A DNA stretch of 36,059 nt, taken from positions 1 to 36,059 of the forward strand of contig NW_027138739.1 in NCBI RefSeq assembly GCF_035084215.1, read 5' to 3'. The translations under genes were made by a program, and so were the position numbers. Of the stretch, positions 13,060 through 23,681 are shown one piece after another. This DNA comes from Heptranchias perlo. Its lineage: Eukaryota. A model generated the notes under the pieces. That model did not search any database. It saw only the letters and a list, made by a program, of their open reading frames with translations, and was not told the origin of the DNA. How positions within the stretch are numbered: position 1 is the first letter of the stretch; each line of letters opens with the position of its first letter.

Positions 13060-15572
13060 AGTTGCAACATGGAAACAGACGGTTAGACCCAGCCAGACTG
13101 TGTCGCCGATTGCCCTCCAAGCAAACAATTCGTTCTTATCACATTTACCCACCCGGTTTCCACCTCGCTAAAACCGCATTCCTGCCTCCACCTGTCCAAT
13201 CTAATCGTGAATGTTGACATAGAAGATCCTGGCTCAACCACGAACCCTGGAAGTGAATTCCACAGCCTGCTGTGTGATGGAGTTTCTCCTGCCCTCTGTT
13301 CCAAATCTCTTACTTTTAATCCTTTATCTGTGGGTACTCGTCTTGATTGCTCAACCATGGAAACAATCTGTTTCTGTCTACCCTGTCCCATTATTCCATC
13401 ATTGTAAACACTTCTATTATATCGCCCCATAATCGAAGATGTTCGAACGAAAAAAAAAATGTTTTCAAACTTTGTTAAAATTTATATTTCCTCATACAAA
13501 GCAGCATCCTAGTCACTCTGTGTTGCAATATTCTTCCTATAGTGTGGAGCCCAATACTGCACACAGTATCCTAACTGAGGTCTTATTAAGATTTTATAGG
13601 CTCATCATCACCTATTGGCTTTCATATTCTCTACATCTTATAATAAACCTAGAATTCCATTAGCTTTTCTCTAGCCTGATCAACATGAGGTGCTGCCATT
13701 AATGTCCTGTGAACCCATGTCCCCAAATCCCTCTTCTTCCACAGCACTGAGCCTGCTTCCATTCAGAGTATAATTGCGACTGTTTTTCTTTAAAAAAATG
13801 TATCAACTCACACTTGCTGATAATGAATTCCATCTGCCACCATTCGGCCCATTCTCCCATTTTATTAATATCCCTTTGAAGCTTCTTTTGGTCTCCGAAA
13901 GAATTATCTGTACTCCTATTTTGGTCTCATGCTCCAATTTCGACACCACTTTCTCGAGGCCTAGATCCCGATCATTGGTATACGTTGTGAATGGAAGTGT
14001 CCCCAGAACCGAATCCTGTGGGATATCACGACCAACTTCCAACCCTTCTGAATATAGTGAGCTCTCTGTGGGACATCGCTACCCACCTCCAATCACTCTG
14101 AATATAGTGAGCTCTCTGTGGGACATCGCTACCCACTTCCAATCACTCTAACTATAGTGAGCTCTCTGAAACGAATTCTGTGGGATATCACCACCCACTT
14201 CCAACCACTTTAAATATAGTGAGCTCTCTGAACTGAATTCTGTGGGATATCACTACACACTCCCTACCACTCTGCATACATTCAGCTCTCTGTGGGATAT
14301 CACTACTCACTTCCAACTACTCTGAATATAGTGAGGTCTGTGTGGGATATCACTACCAACTTCCAACCACGCTGAATATAGTTAGCTCTATGAACCGAAT
14401 TCTGTGGGATATCACGACCCACTTCCAAACCCTCCGAATATAGTGAGCACTCCGAACCGAATCCTTTGGGGTATCACTACCCACTTCCAAACCCTCTGAA
14501 TATGGTGAGCTCTCTGTGGGACATCGCTACCCACTTCTAACCACTCTGAATATAGTGCGCTCTCTGAACTGAATTCTGTGAGATATCACTACCCACTCCC
14601 TACCACTCTGCATATATTGAGCTCTCTGTGGGATATCACTACCCACTTCCTACTACTCTGAATATAGTGAGGTCTCTGTGGGATATCCCTACCCACTTCC
14701 AACCACTCTAAATATACTGAGCTCTGTGAACTGAATTCTGTGGGATATCACTACCCACTCCCTACCACTTCTGCATATATTGAGCTCTCTGTGGGACATC
14801 ACTACCCACTTCCAACCACTCTGAATATAGTGAGCTCTCCGAACCGAATCCTTTGGGATATCACTACACACTTCCAACCCCTCTGAATATGGTGAGCTCT
14901 CTGTGGGACATTGCTACCCACCTCTAACCACTCTGAATATAGTGCGCTCTCTGAACCGAATCCTGTGGGTTATCACCATCCACTTCCAATCCCTCTGAAT
15001 ATAGTGAGCTCTCTGTGGGACATCGCTACCCACATCCAACCACTCTAAATATACTGAGCTCTCTGAACTGAATTATGTGAGATATCACTACCCACTCCCT
15101 ACCACTCTGCATATATTGAGCTCTCTGTGGGATATCACTACCCACTTCCAACCACTCTGAATATAGTGAGCACTCTGTGGGATATCACTACCCACTTCTA
15201 ACCACAATGAATATAGTGAGCTCTCTGTGGGATATCTCTACCCACTTCCAACCCCTCTGAATATAGTGAGCTCTCCGAACCGAATCCTTTGGGATATCAC
15301 TACCCACTTCCAACCCCTCTGAATATTGTGAGCTCTCTGTGGGACATCGCTACCCACTTCCAACCACCCTGAATATAGTGAGCTCTCTTAACTGAATTCT
15401 GTGGGATATCACCACCCACTTCCAACCCCTCTGAATATGGTGAGCTCCCTTATTCCTATCTTCTAATCGTTTTTAATCCCGTTTGCTCTCCTCTCCTTAT
15501 ATCTATACTTCTTATCTTTACATAATTTCCAATGTATTAACTTGTTGAATGCTTCCTTAAAGCCCATGTACA
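13060..15572 (-). mobile_element. Old CR1-like LINE (RT to 3' end) containing an internally expanded minisatellite
   Basis: ORF 13803-14042(-) reads DIPQDSVLGTLPF, a variant of GVPQGSVLGPLLF. The upstream motif M.FKEAFNK (DFQKAFDK) resumes at ~15540-15572, beyond the array. Confidence 0.7.
14005..15449. repeat. Minisatellite, ~26 units of 50 bp and 62 bp
   Basis: The unit is TGTGGGATATCACTACCCACTTCCAACCACTCTGAATATAGTGAGCTCTC, with or without a 12-nt TGAACCGAATTC-type insert. Anchor spacing is 50 or 62 nt. Confidence 0.95.
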
Positions 15573-15992
15573 TTGCAAACTGGATTACTAAATGTCAAGA
15601 GACCACATCGCAAACCAAACTGCAGGTCTAGTTCTATTAATGCGGCTGATGCGAAGTTTGTCACCGTAAAATATTATAGTGATAATTATTTGAGTGTGCG
15701 CTTTTTTTCTGCTTTCGCTGTGTTAAACTGCTATTTCAGCGCGGATATTATTATTAATACAGCATTAAAGTGTCACCCAATTATTACACTGGGAGAAGTC
15801 TGGAAGCACAATTCACATGGATGCGAAAATCCCAACACAGTTCCCATGAAGCGTGTGCTCCACAACTCTACTGATCTCTTCATGTTAATTGGATGAAGAT
15901 TCCTCTAGTGTGACTATGGATATAGGGGACAAGATGCAACACATCACAAACCGCGAGCTGTACTCACTGCGAATGGTCTCTCACTCTGCCCT

Positions 15993-16025
15993 ATGCAAAT
16001 AAGCTCACGCTCTCGCGATTTAAAA
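15993..16025 (+). promoter_or_regulatory. IgNAR V promoter: octamer ATGCAAAT (15993-16000) plus TATA-like TTTAAAA (16019-16025)
   Basis: A perfect heavy-chain-orientation Ig octamer lies 18 nt upstream of a TATA-like box, about 100-125 nt 5' of the leader ATG. This is the classic Ig V promoter layout. Confidence 0.8.
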
Positions 16026-16119
16026 GGACGGTGCTCAGATACACACGGTTACACAGCACAGTCGGTGTTGAGGTCTGGAGTTGGCCATGTTTAAAGTATT
16101 CACTGCTGGTGAAGAAACA

Positions 16120-16162
16120 ATGAATATTTTCTGGGTTTCGGTCCTTTTAGCCTGGTTACCGA
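16120..16162 (+). CDS. IgNAR: IgNAR leader (signal peptide) exon 1, MNIFWVSVLLAWLP
   Basis: ATG at 16120 starts a hydrophobic leader of the shark NAR MNIF... type. It ends at a phase-1 donor A|GTAAGT (16162/16163). Confidence 0.93.
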
Positions 16163-16303
16163 GTAAGTGCAGTATTTTTAAAGAGATTAAATGTTCATTG
16201 GATAAAACTGAGCGGCTGCGTCTAAATTGTGGAAATGTCCTTGATTTTAACTCTTGTATTGTTTCAGAGACGCGATGTATTAAATATATTTTTCTTCATT
16301 CAG

Positions 16304-16654
16304 ATGCCTTCGGTATAAGAGTGGACCAAACACCAAGAACGGCCACAAAAGAGGCAGGCGAATCCCTGACCATCAACTGCGTCTTAACTGATACTAACTG
16401 TGGGTTGTACAGCACAGGATGGTTCCGGCAATATCCGGGTACAAAAGATTGGGTTCGCATATCCATTGGCGGACGATTTGTCGAATCAGTCAACAAGGGA
16501 GCAAAGTCTTTTTCTCTGCGAATCAACGATCTGACAGCTGAAGACAGCGCCACTTATTACTGCAAAGCGGGTATACTATGGGGTGTGTTCTGGTGTGATA
16601 GGGAGGATTACCAATACTATGATGGAGCTGGCACCGTGCTGACTGTGAACTCTG
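16304..16654 (+). CDS. IgNAR: IgNAR variable domain exon, already joined V-(D)-J (type II VNAR; Cys22, Cys29, Trp36, Cys83, Cys94)
   Basis: Acceptor TTTTTCTTCATTCAG| at 16303. The exon translates (N)AFG-IRVDQTPRTATKEAGESLTINC...WFRQ...DSATYYC-KAGILWGVFWCDREDYQYY-DGAGTVLTVNS. It lacks the CDR2 region, as VNARs do. The J motif YDGAGTVLTV is contiguous with V, and the donor G|GTAAGT is at 16654/16655. Confidence 0.97.
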
Positions 16655-17395
16655 GTAAGTGACCTCTCTTGCTACATTATCACTAAGATTTTTTTCATAG
16701 AACATATGAAGAATTAGTGTTCTCGTTAAAATGGCCTTAAACGAACAGGGCAATAGCTGAAGCTGTTTTTGGAGGTTCTGTTAGGTTCGCTGTCAGTTTA
16801 TTTGTTTTAAACATAATAATCTTTTCCAAAAGAGATTTTGCTCGAGAATAAAACGAGCCTATGCTTAAATGTATGACGAACCTACGCTTATATACATAAC
16901 GAATGCCAAAATGAACATATATTTTAATATATAACGAACGTATATTTAAATATATAATGAACCTCTAAACAAGCCTGTTTTAAAATATATAACTAAGCAC
17001 CTATGGATCATTTAAGATGCTGATTTGAATAGTTATGAATCTCACCGGTGTGATAGTTTAAACAGTTAGAACAGAACCAGCCGAGTGCCGTTATTCTCCT
17101 CACTGAGGCGGCCCAGTATATTCCTGTTACACAGTATTTCTGATTCAAAGAATTTATACAATTCTGGGGCGAGGAAAGTTTGCTGCAAACAAGGGATTAA
17201 TTCAACGCGCAATTTAAGAAAATATTGAGTACGAATTCTTTCCCCCCTCTAAAATCATCCCTTATTAAATAAAAAAATGATAAATTAATACCGGTACCGA
17301 ACCTTTTTATATATTGTCTGTTCAAATCTTGAAATTTGTGACTCTGGATTAACGGCGCATGCGTCACAGTGAACCAGAAAGAAAAGAAAATGATT

Positions 17396-17679
17396 GGGGG
17401 TGAAATTGATCTGATCGAGGAGCGCGGAACGGGCGATAGCGAATCGGCCGCCTTGAAACATGGCATCAGATTGTCCTTCACACGGACTTGGAAAATATTG
17501 CGAATGTTCTTAAGATCAAACCAAGCAAAACGGACAGTGAAACTACCCGAATCTCCAAAAAGAGCTCGAACTATCGTTCTGTGAAATTCAGTGGAGAGAA
17601 GGTCTAGCGCGGTGTAAAACAGGCCGCCGATTCGCTCGCAGCCCGTGTCGCGTTACTGGCGCAGACCAATTTCACCCCC
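17396..17679. mobile_element. MITE with 18-bp terminal inverted repeats (PIF/Harbinger-like GGG termini)
   Basis: GGGGGTGAAATTGATCTG ... CAGACCAATTTCACCCCC match at 17/18. A subterminal inverted match GCGAATCGGCCGCCT / AGGCCGCCGATTCGC is also present. Confidence 0.75.
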
Positions 17680-18344
17680 TATACTGTAGGTCTGTGCGAG
17701 GCCTGTTTCAATGGAAGCCAGTCTCCTGGACACTCGTATTTCAGACAACAGAAACGCTCTGTGTTTAAGATTGTGCCGAGTAGCAGAGAACATTGAAACT
17801 GCGGTAGGTTTGAGTGTGATAATTGAAATTCTCTTTTAATATCCATGTATAGAAATAAAGTAAACGGTAACTTCATTATTTTATGCCTCGGGGAGAATCG
17901 TGAAGTCTTTGACTCACTGTTTATACATTTTACTGTCAGTTTACTTATTTTAATTCAAGAAACAATGTGTTTGTTTGGAACCTGAGTGTTGGTCTGATAG
18001 ACTGGATATTCAGTCAGCATTTCGAAGAGAGGAGAATCCCAGAGCTGATGTGCAGAGTAAGGGGGATGTTTTTGCCATCCCATGGTCTGGATATCGCTTG
18101 CCTGGAGATTGGACAGGTTAAGCCTCGGTGCAGATGTTGGGAGGGGCGGGTCCGCATACATGGATACCAAGCGACACTGAATCCGAGAAAATATTTACCT
18201 TAAAAATCCGAAAACGTTAAACTCGATCGACACAATCCCACCAAATATTCCCTGGTCAGGTAGAATATAGGTAGAAAAGAGGAATCAACTTGCGTTTATA
18301 AACGCATCTTTATTGCAAAGCGCTTTATTGCCGATGAATTTATC

Positions 18345-18770
18345 GAGTAAATCCCCCTCTACACTGTGTCATGTAACACTCCCAGTTCAGGAGCAGTAGG
18401 GGTCAGATAGAGGGTACAGCTCCCTCGATACTGTCCCACCAAACACTCCCAGTGCAAGTACAGCACAGGATAGATAAACAGTAAAGCTCCCTCTACGCTG
18501 TTAAAACAAATGGTCCGAGGGCAGGTATCGCACAGGTTTAGATACAGCGTAAACCTCCCTCTCCATTGTCCCATCAAACACTCCCACCGCTGGTACAGAG
18601 TTAGATACAGAGCAAGGCTCCCGCTACACTGTCATATCAAACACTTCCATGGCAGTTACAGCACGGGTTAGATACGGAGTTGCACTCCCTCTGCACTCTC
18701 CCACTAAATACTCCCAGGGCAGGTACAGATTCGGTTAGATAGAGGGTAAAGCTGATCTACACTCTATCCG
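18345..18770. repeat. Degenerate ~65-bp minisatellite (~6-7 units)
   Basis: Recurrent AGAGTAAAGCTCCCTCTACACTGTCCCATCAAACACTCCCAGGGCAGGTACAGCACGGGTTAGATAC-like units. Confidence 0.85.
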
Positions 18771-19673
18771 TAGGAGAAGGTAGATTACCATCCTTACCGG
18801 ATACCAGAGCAGTTTACCATAATGGCCCCTGCATTGAATCTGAGAAAATATCCAGCATAAAGCTCCCAAAATGTGGAAGTCAGTAACATTAGAGAATACT
18901 CTTTATGAACGGGAGCAATGAGATGCAGATTGTACTAGAAAGAGTGGTGAATGGAAGGGTTTCATCGCAGACATAGAACACCGCACTTATCGAAAGGAAA
19001 AACCTTCTAAGAACAGAAGAATGTGCGCGGGCAGAAACTCCGATTGGTTCCTTTACACAAATCCATGCAAATTGTTCTCCCATGAATTCGCTCCCAAAAC
19101 AACTGCTACTCCCCAGTTTAAATAATCCTAAATCTTATACCTTTCTCTTCCGAAATCATAGGACCATCCATTTAATCTGTCCGTTGCACTAAACCAGATG
19201 TTAACTGGTTTATTAAAAAACGGGCCATGCAGTAGAAGAGTGAACTGAGGAAACTCAAGCGTGAATCGTGGTGCCCTGAGACGGCCCACAGTGATGTTTA
19301 AGGTTAATATCCTTCCTTGCCTCCTCTGAGTGAAAAAAAAGGAATAAAGCAATGGTATTAATATCTCTGTCAATGGTATTCACTTTCCCACTATCATAGG
19401 GAGATCTTTATATATAATCTCCCAATTTGCACAAGGATGGCGAATTTCGTACTTGCATTCTGTCGTCGTTGTCCCGATAAATAACTTGTTCACTTCCACC
19501 TCGTAGTTTCGTTAATTCATCTTTCCTTTTTTCAAAGATTTGCATCATTTTTTTCACTTTTGTAAAGCATCTGAAGTTGTCCTTTGAGATTTATCTCTTT
19601 CTCTCTGACTAATTCATTGTTTCAGCAGCATTATTTTGAAGGCTTTTGTCCGAATCCAGCCCGACCCTGCCTA

Positions 19674-20780
19674 TCATAGAATCATAGAATGATACAGCAC
19701 AAAAGGAGGCCATTCGGCCCATCGGGCCTGTGCCGGATCTTTAAAGCTAGACAATTAGTCCCACTCCCCTACTCTTTCCCCATAGCGCGGCAAATGCTTT
19801 CACTGCAATTAATGATCGAATTCCCTTTTGAAATTTATTATTGAATCTGCTTCTACCACCCGTTCAAGCAGTGAATTCCAGATCATTACAATTCGCTGCT
19901 TAAAAAAATCTCCTCATCTCGCCTCCGGCTGTTTTGCCAATGACCTTAAATCTGTGTCCTCTGGTTACCGATCCGCCTGCCACTGGAAACGGTGTTTCCT
20001 TATTTACCCTTTCGAAACCTTTCATGATTTTCAACACCTCTGTGAAATCTCCCCTTAACCTTCTCTGCTCTAAGGAGAACAACCCGAGCTTCTCTAGTTT
20101 CTCCACGTAACATAAATCCCGCATCCCTGGTTTCTGGTAAATCTCCTCTGCACCCTCTCGAAGGCCTTGATACCCATCTTAAAGCGTGGTGCCCAGAAAT
20201 CGACACAATGCTCCAACTGGGGTCTAACCAGTGATATCTGAAGGTTTAGCATAACTTCTTGCTTTTATACTCTATGCTTCTATTAATAAAGCCCGGGATC
20301 CCATCTACTTGTTTAACAACCTTCTTAACTTGGCGTGCTAACTTCGAAGATTTGTGTACATCTCCCCCGAGGTCTCTCTGGTCCTGCACCCCCGTTAACA
20401 TCGTACCATTTTATGTGTGTTGTCTCTCCTCATTCTTCCGACCAAAATGCATCACTTCCAACACACTGCGCTAAATTTCATTTGCCACGTGTTTGACCAT
20501 TTCATCAGTCTGTCTATGTCCTCCTAAAGTCTGTTAATATCCTCCACATTGATTACTACATTTCCGAGCTTCGTGCCATCTGCAAATTTTGAAATTATGC
20601 CTTGTATCCCCAAGTCCAGGTCATTAATAAATATCAAAAAGAGCAGTGCTCCTAATACCGACCCCTGTATACTTCCCTCCAGTCTGAAAGACAACCGTTT
20701 ACCGCTACTCTCTGCTTTCTGTCCCTCAGCCAATTTCGTACCTAGGCAGCCACTGCCCCTTTAATGCGATAGGCTTCAAT
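19674..20780 (-). mobile_element. CR1-like LINE (RT C-terminus to 3' end) in the J-C intron
   Basis: ORFs 20524-20733(-) QGSVLGALLFLIFINDLD..SKFADGTK and 19900-20124(-) LEKLGLFSLEQRRLRGD, with an ATCATAGAATCATAGAAT tail. Confidence 0.9.
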
Positions 20781-21149
20781 TGTGTTATACTATGTTCCTT
20801 GCATACTTAAAGTATATCTATTTGATTGGATATCTCACTTTCAGACATTCAGAGCGCGAAACATCTCTGGCCCACAGCACATATTGTGAATTTGGGTGGA
20901 CGCTTCGGAATGATTCATCATCTGTTCATTTCAGTCATTGGCAAATTTTGAGGAGCACATTCCCGAATGGCTGGAGCCTGATTTTAATAAATTTTCCCCA
21001 GTCTTCTGATCTACCCTGAAAACAATGTGCTCTTTATCTCGCTGTGCTTCTTTCTAACCAACGTGAAACGGCGCTCTCGCAGCGACTGGTTTATAGTCCA
21101 TTGAAATTTGGATTCAGGGATTTTGGAAATGTTATTTAGGAAGTTGTGA

Positions 21150-23680
21150 AGAAGATTTTTCGGAAGTTCCTTGGGCAAATCGAAATACTAAGAGTAGAAT
21201 TAAAAAGTGGAATCAACTAACCTAAAGATGGGATTAGATTAGAGATGTAAAAGGAAATCTTCTGCAGGAAGATGAATTAATCGCAGAGATATTAAACAAG
21301 GACTTAGTCTCGGCTTTTACAGAATAATGTTTTGATGGGAATGGAAGGTTTGAGCTGGAGGGTGAGGTTCAATTAGATTGAATAAGTAGAGATAAATAAG
21401 GAGTGCTGAGAAAATTGGTGGAACTCATTCTATCCTAGAATGTTGAGAATAGACAAAAAGCAAAAAGCAGATGCTCGGCCCTCAAACATTCAAACATCCT
21501 AGGATGTGGAACTTTTGCCAGAGGACCGAGGTAATGTCTTTATCAAAGAAGGGAGAAAGGTTTACACAGGATAACCGTGGGGCCGTCGGCTTACTGTCAG
21601 TGGTGGATCATCTTCTAGAGTCATGTTACTGGAGAAAATTAACATTCACTTGCAGAGACATCGTTTCATTAAAGACAGCTAGCATGGATATGTAAACGGC
21701 AAGTTCTCTCAGACAGATTTAGTTCGACAGTTCTTCGAAGAACTCTACAGATTTCCAGGCTCAATTTTGGACACTGTACACCAGGACGGATAGATTGGCC
21801 TTGGAGGGAGTGCAACGCAGATTCACCAGAATAATACCGAGGCTAAAAGGGTTAAAATATGAGGCAAGACTGCATGGACTAGGCGTGCATTCCCTTGATT
21901 AAAGAAGATTAGTGGGTGATCAAATTAATGTGTTACGATTATTAAAAGATTTAATATGGTGGATAGAGATAAACTGTTGCCTTTGTTTGAGGAATGTAGA
22001 ACAAGGAGGCATAACCTTAAAATTAGTCCTAGGCCGTATCAGGCGGTTGATACGATACCAAATAATGGGTTTGTTAATCAAATAAATTCGTTCCTTTTCA
22101 ACATTCGCAAAGACTTTGCAGGGGAAGCACAAAATTAAATTATCAAGGAATATAAAAAACGAACAGTAAAGTATTCTACAGACAGATAAATAACGAAAGG
22201 ACAGGGTTAGGGCCACAAAGGGAAACATAAGATAAACTCGCAGGTAATGAGCAGTGAAATGGCACAAATATTGAACAGTTACTTTGCCTCAGTATTTACC
22301 AGGGAGAATAATAAGGTGGGCAGGACATTAGAAGAAAAGATAAAACAAACTAAGACATTTAAAATAGAAAGGGGGGATATAATTGATCAACTAATCAAGC
22401 ATAGAGAGGATCAAACCTCCGGTCCGTATGGATTTCATGTGCTCATAATAAAAGAAGTTAGGGAGGATATAGCAGACGCACTATTACATGTACATAAAAT
22501 TCATTAGCAAAGGGAATAGTGCCAGAAGACTGGTGGACAGCTAATGTGACAATTATATATTAAAAAGGAGATTCGAACAAGTCCAGGGAATTATAGACCA
22601 GTTAGCCTAACGTCGGTGATAGGAAAGATAATGGAAACTTTGCTCAAAGATGTAATAGAAAAACATCTAGAAAACGAAAATATAATAAAGAATAGTCAGA
22701 AAGCAAAGACATGCTTGACCAACCTTACTGAATTGTTTGAAGAAGTAAAAGGAAGGTTAGACAAGGGGTAATTTAGTAGATGGAATATGTTTGTATTTTC
22801 AAAAGGCATTCGATACTGTAGTGCATTGTAGATTCATCTGATGTCATAACATGTGGAGTCAGGGAACAGGTAGCAAAATGGAAAGCAAGCTGGCTACAAA
22901 TTAGAAAACAGAGAGATTGGTTTAAGGGTAGCTACTAAGAATGGGAGAAGTTGGGAAGTGGTTTTTCAAAGGGATCAGTGCTCGGGCCACAGTTGCTGAC
23001 AAATTTATATGAACAATTTGGACCGGGAATCGGGGGGTGTTGTTCATACAAAGGTAGAATACGTCAGGTTGCAAGAAGACATTATTGAACTTGCAGAACG
23101 GGCGTGTAATTGGCAAATGAATTTCAATATATTTAATTGTGAAGTGGTGCATTTTGTTTGGGAGAATAAGGAGGACATATACTGCATGGATAAAAGGAGT
23201 TAAAATGGGGTAGAGGAGCAAAGGGATCTCGGGGTACAGGTATACAAATCAGTAAAAGAGGCGACGCATGTTTTAAGGCCATAAAAAGGCAAACCAAGCA
23301 CTGGGTTCATTTCTAGAGGAAGGGAAATTGAAAAGGAGAGACGTTTTGTTAAACTTGTATAGAAATTTGCTTTTACCACACTTGGAGTACTGTGCACAGT
23401 TATGATTTCCATATTATAAAAAATATATTTAGCTCATATATGCATTGAAGAAGGTGTAAAAAAAGATTCACAAGGATGATACCAGAACTGAGAGAATATA
23501 CCTGTCAGGAAAGATTGAACAGGCTGGGGTTGTTTTTTTCTGGAAATTGAAAGGTTCAGGGTGACCTGCTTGAGATCTTTAAGATAATGAAAGGGTTTGA
23601 TAGATTAGTCGTAGAGAAAATGTTTCCACTTGTGGGGGAGTCCAAAGTCAGACATCGTAAATATTAGATAGTCACTAATA
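21150..23680 (+). mobile_element. Several nested/decayed CR1-like LINE ORF2 fragments
   Basis: MAQILNSYFASVFT (ORF 22247), PGNYRPVSLTS codons (~22582) and NWQMNFN (ORF 23009). Confidence 0.8.
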
Positions 23681-23681
23681 A

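Noticed and set aside
14005-15449. CRISPR-like or switch-region interpretation of the regular array
   Set aside because: There are no unique spacers, the context is eukaryotic and the unit derives from a LINE. It lies 5' of the promoter, not in the J-C intron where switch regions act.
16081-16662. 193-aa single-exon ORF as the real protein
   Set aside because: It reads through the leader intron. Consensus donor and acceptor sites and leader homology support splicing of 16163-16303.
17365-17392. CACAGTG + 12-nt spacer + AAGAAAATG as a leftover RSS
   Set aside because: The nonamer matches ACAAAAACC at only 5/9, and there is no adjacent D/J-like segment or partner RSS. It is at most cryptic.
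19287-19293. Isolated CACAGTG heptamer in the J-C intron
   Set aside because: No nonamer occurs at 12 or 22/23 spacing, and a lone heptamer is expected by chance.
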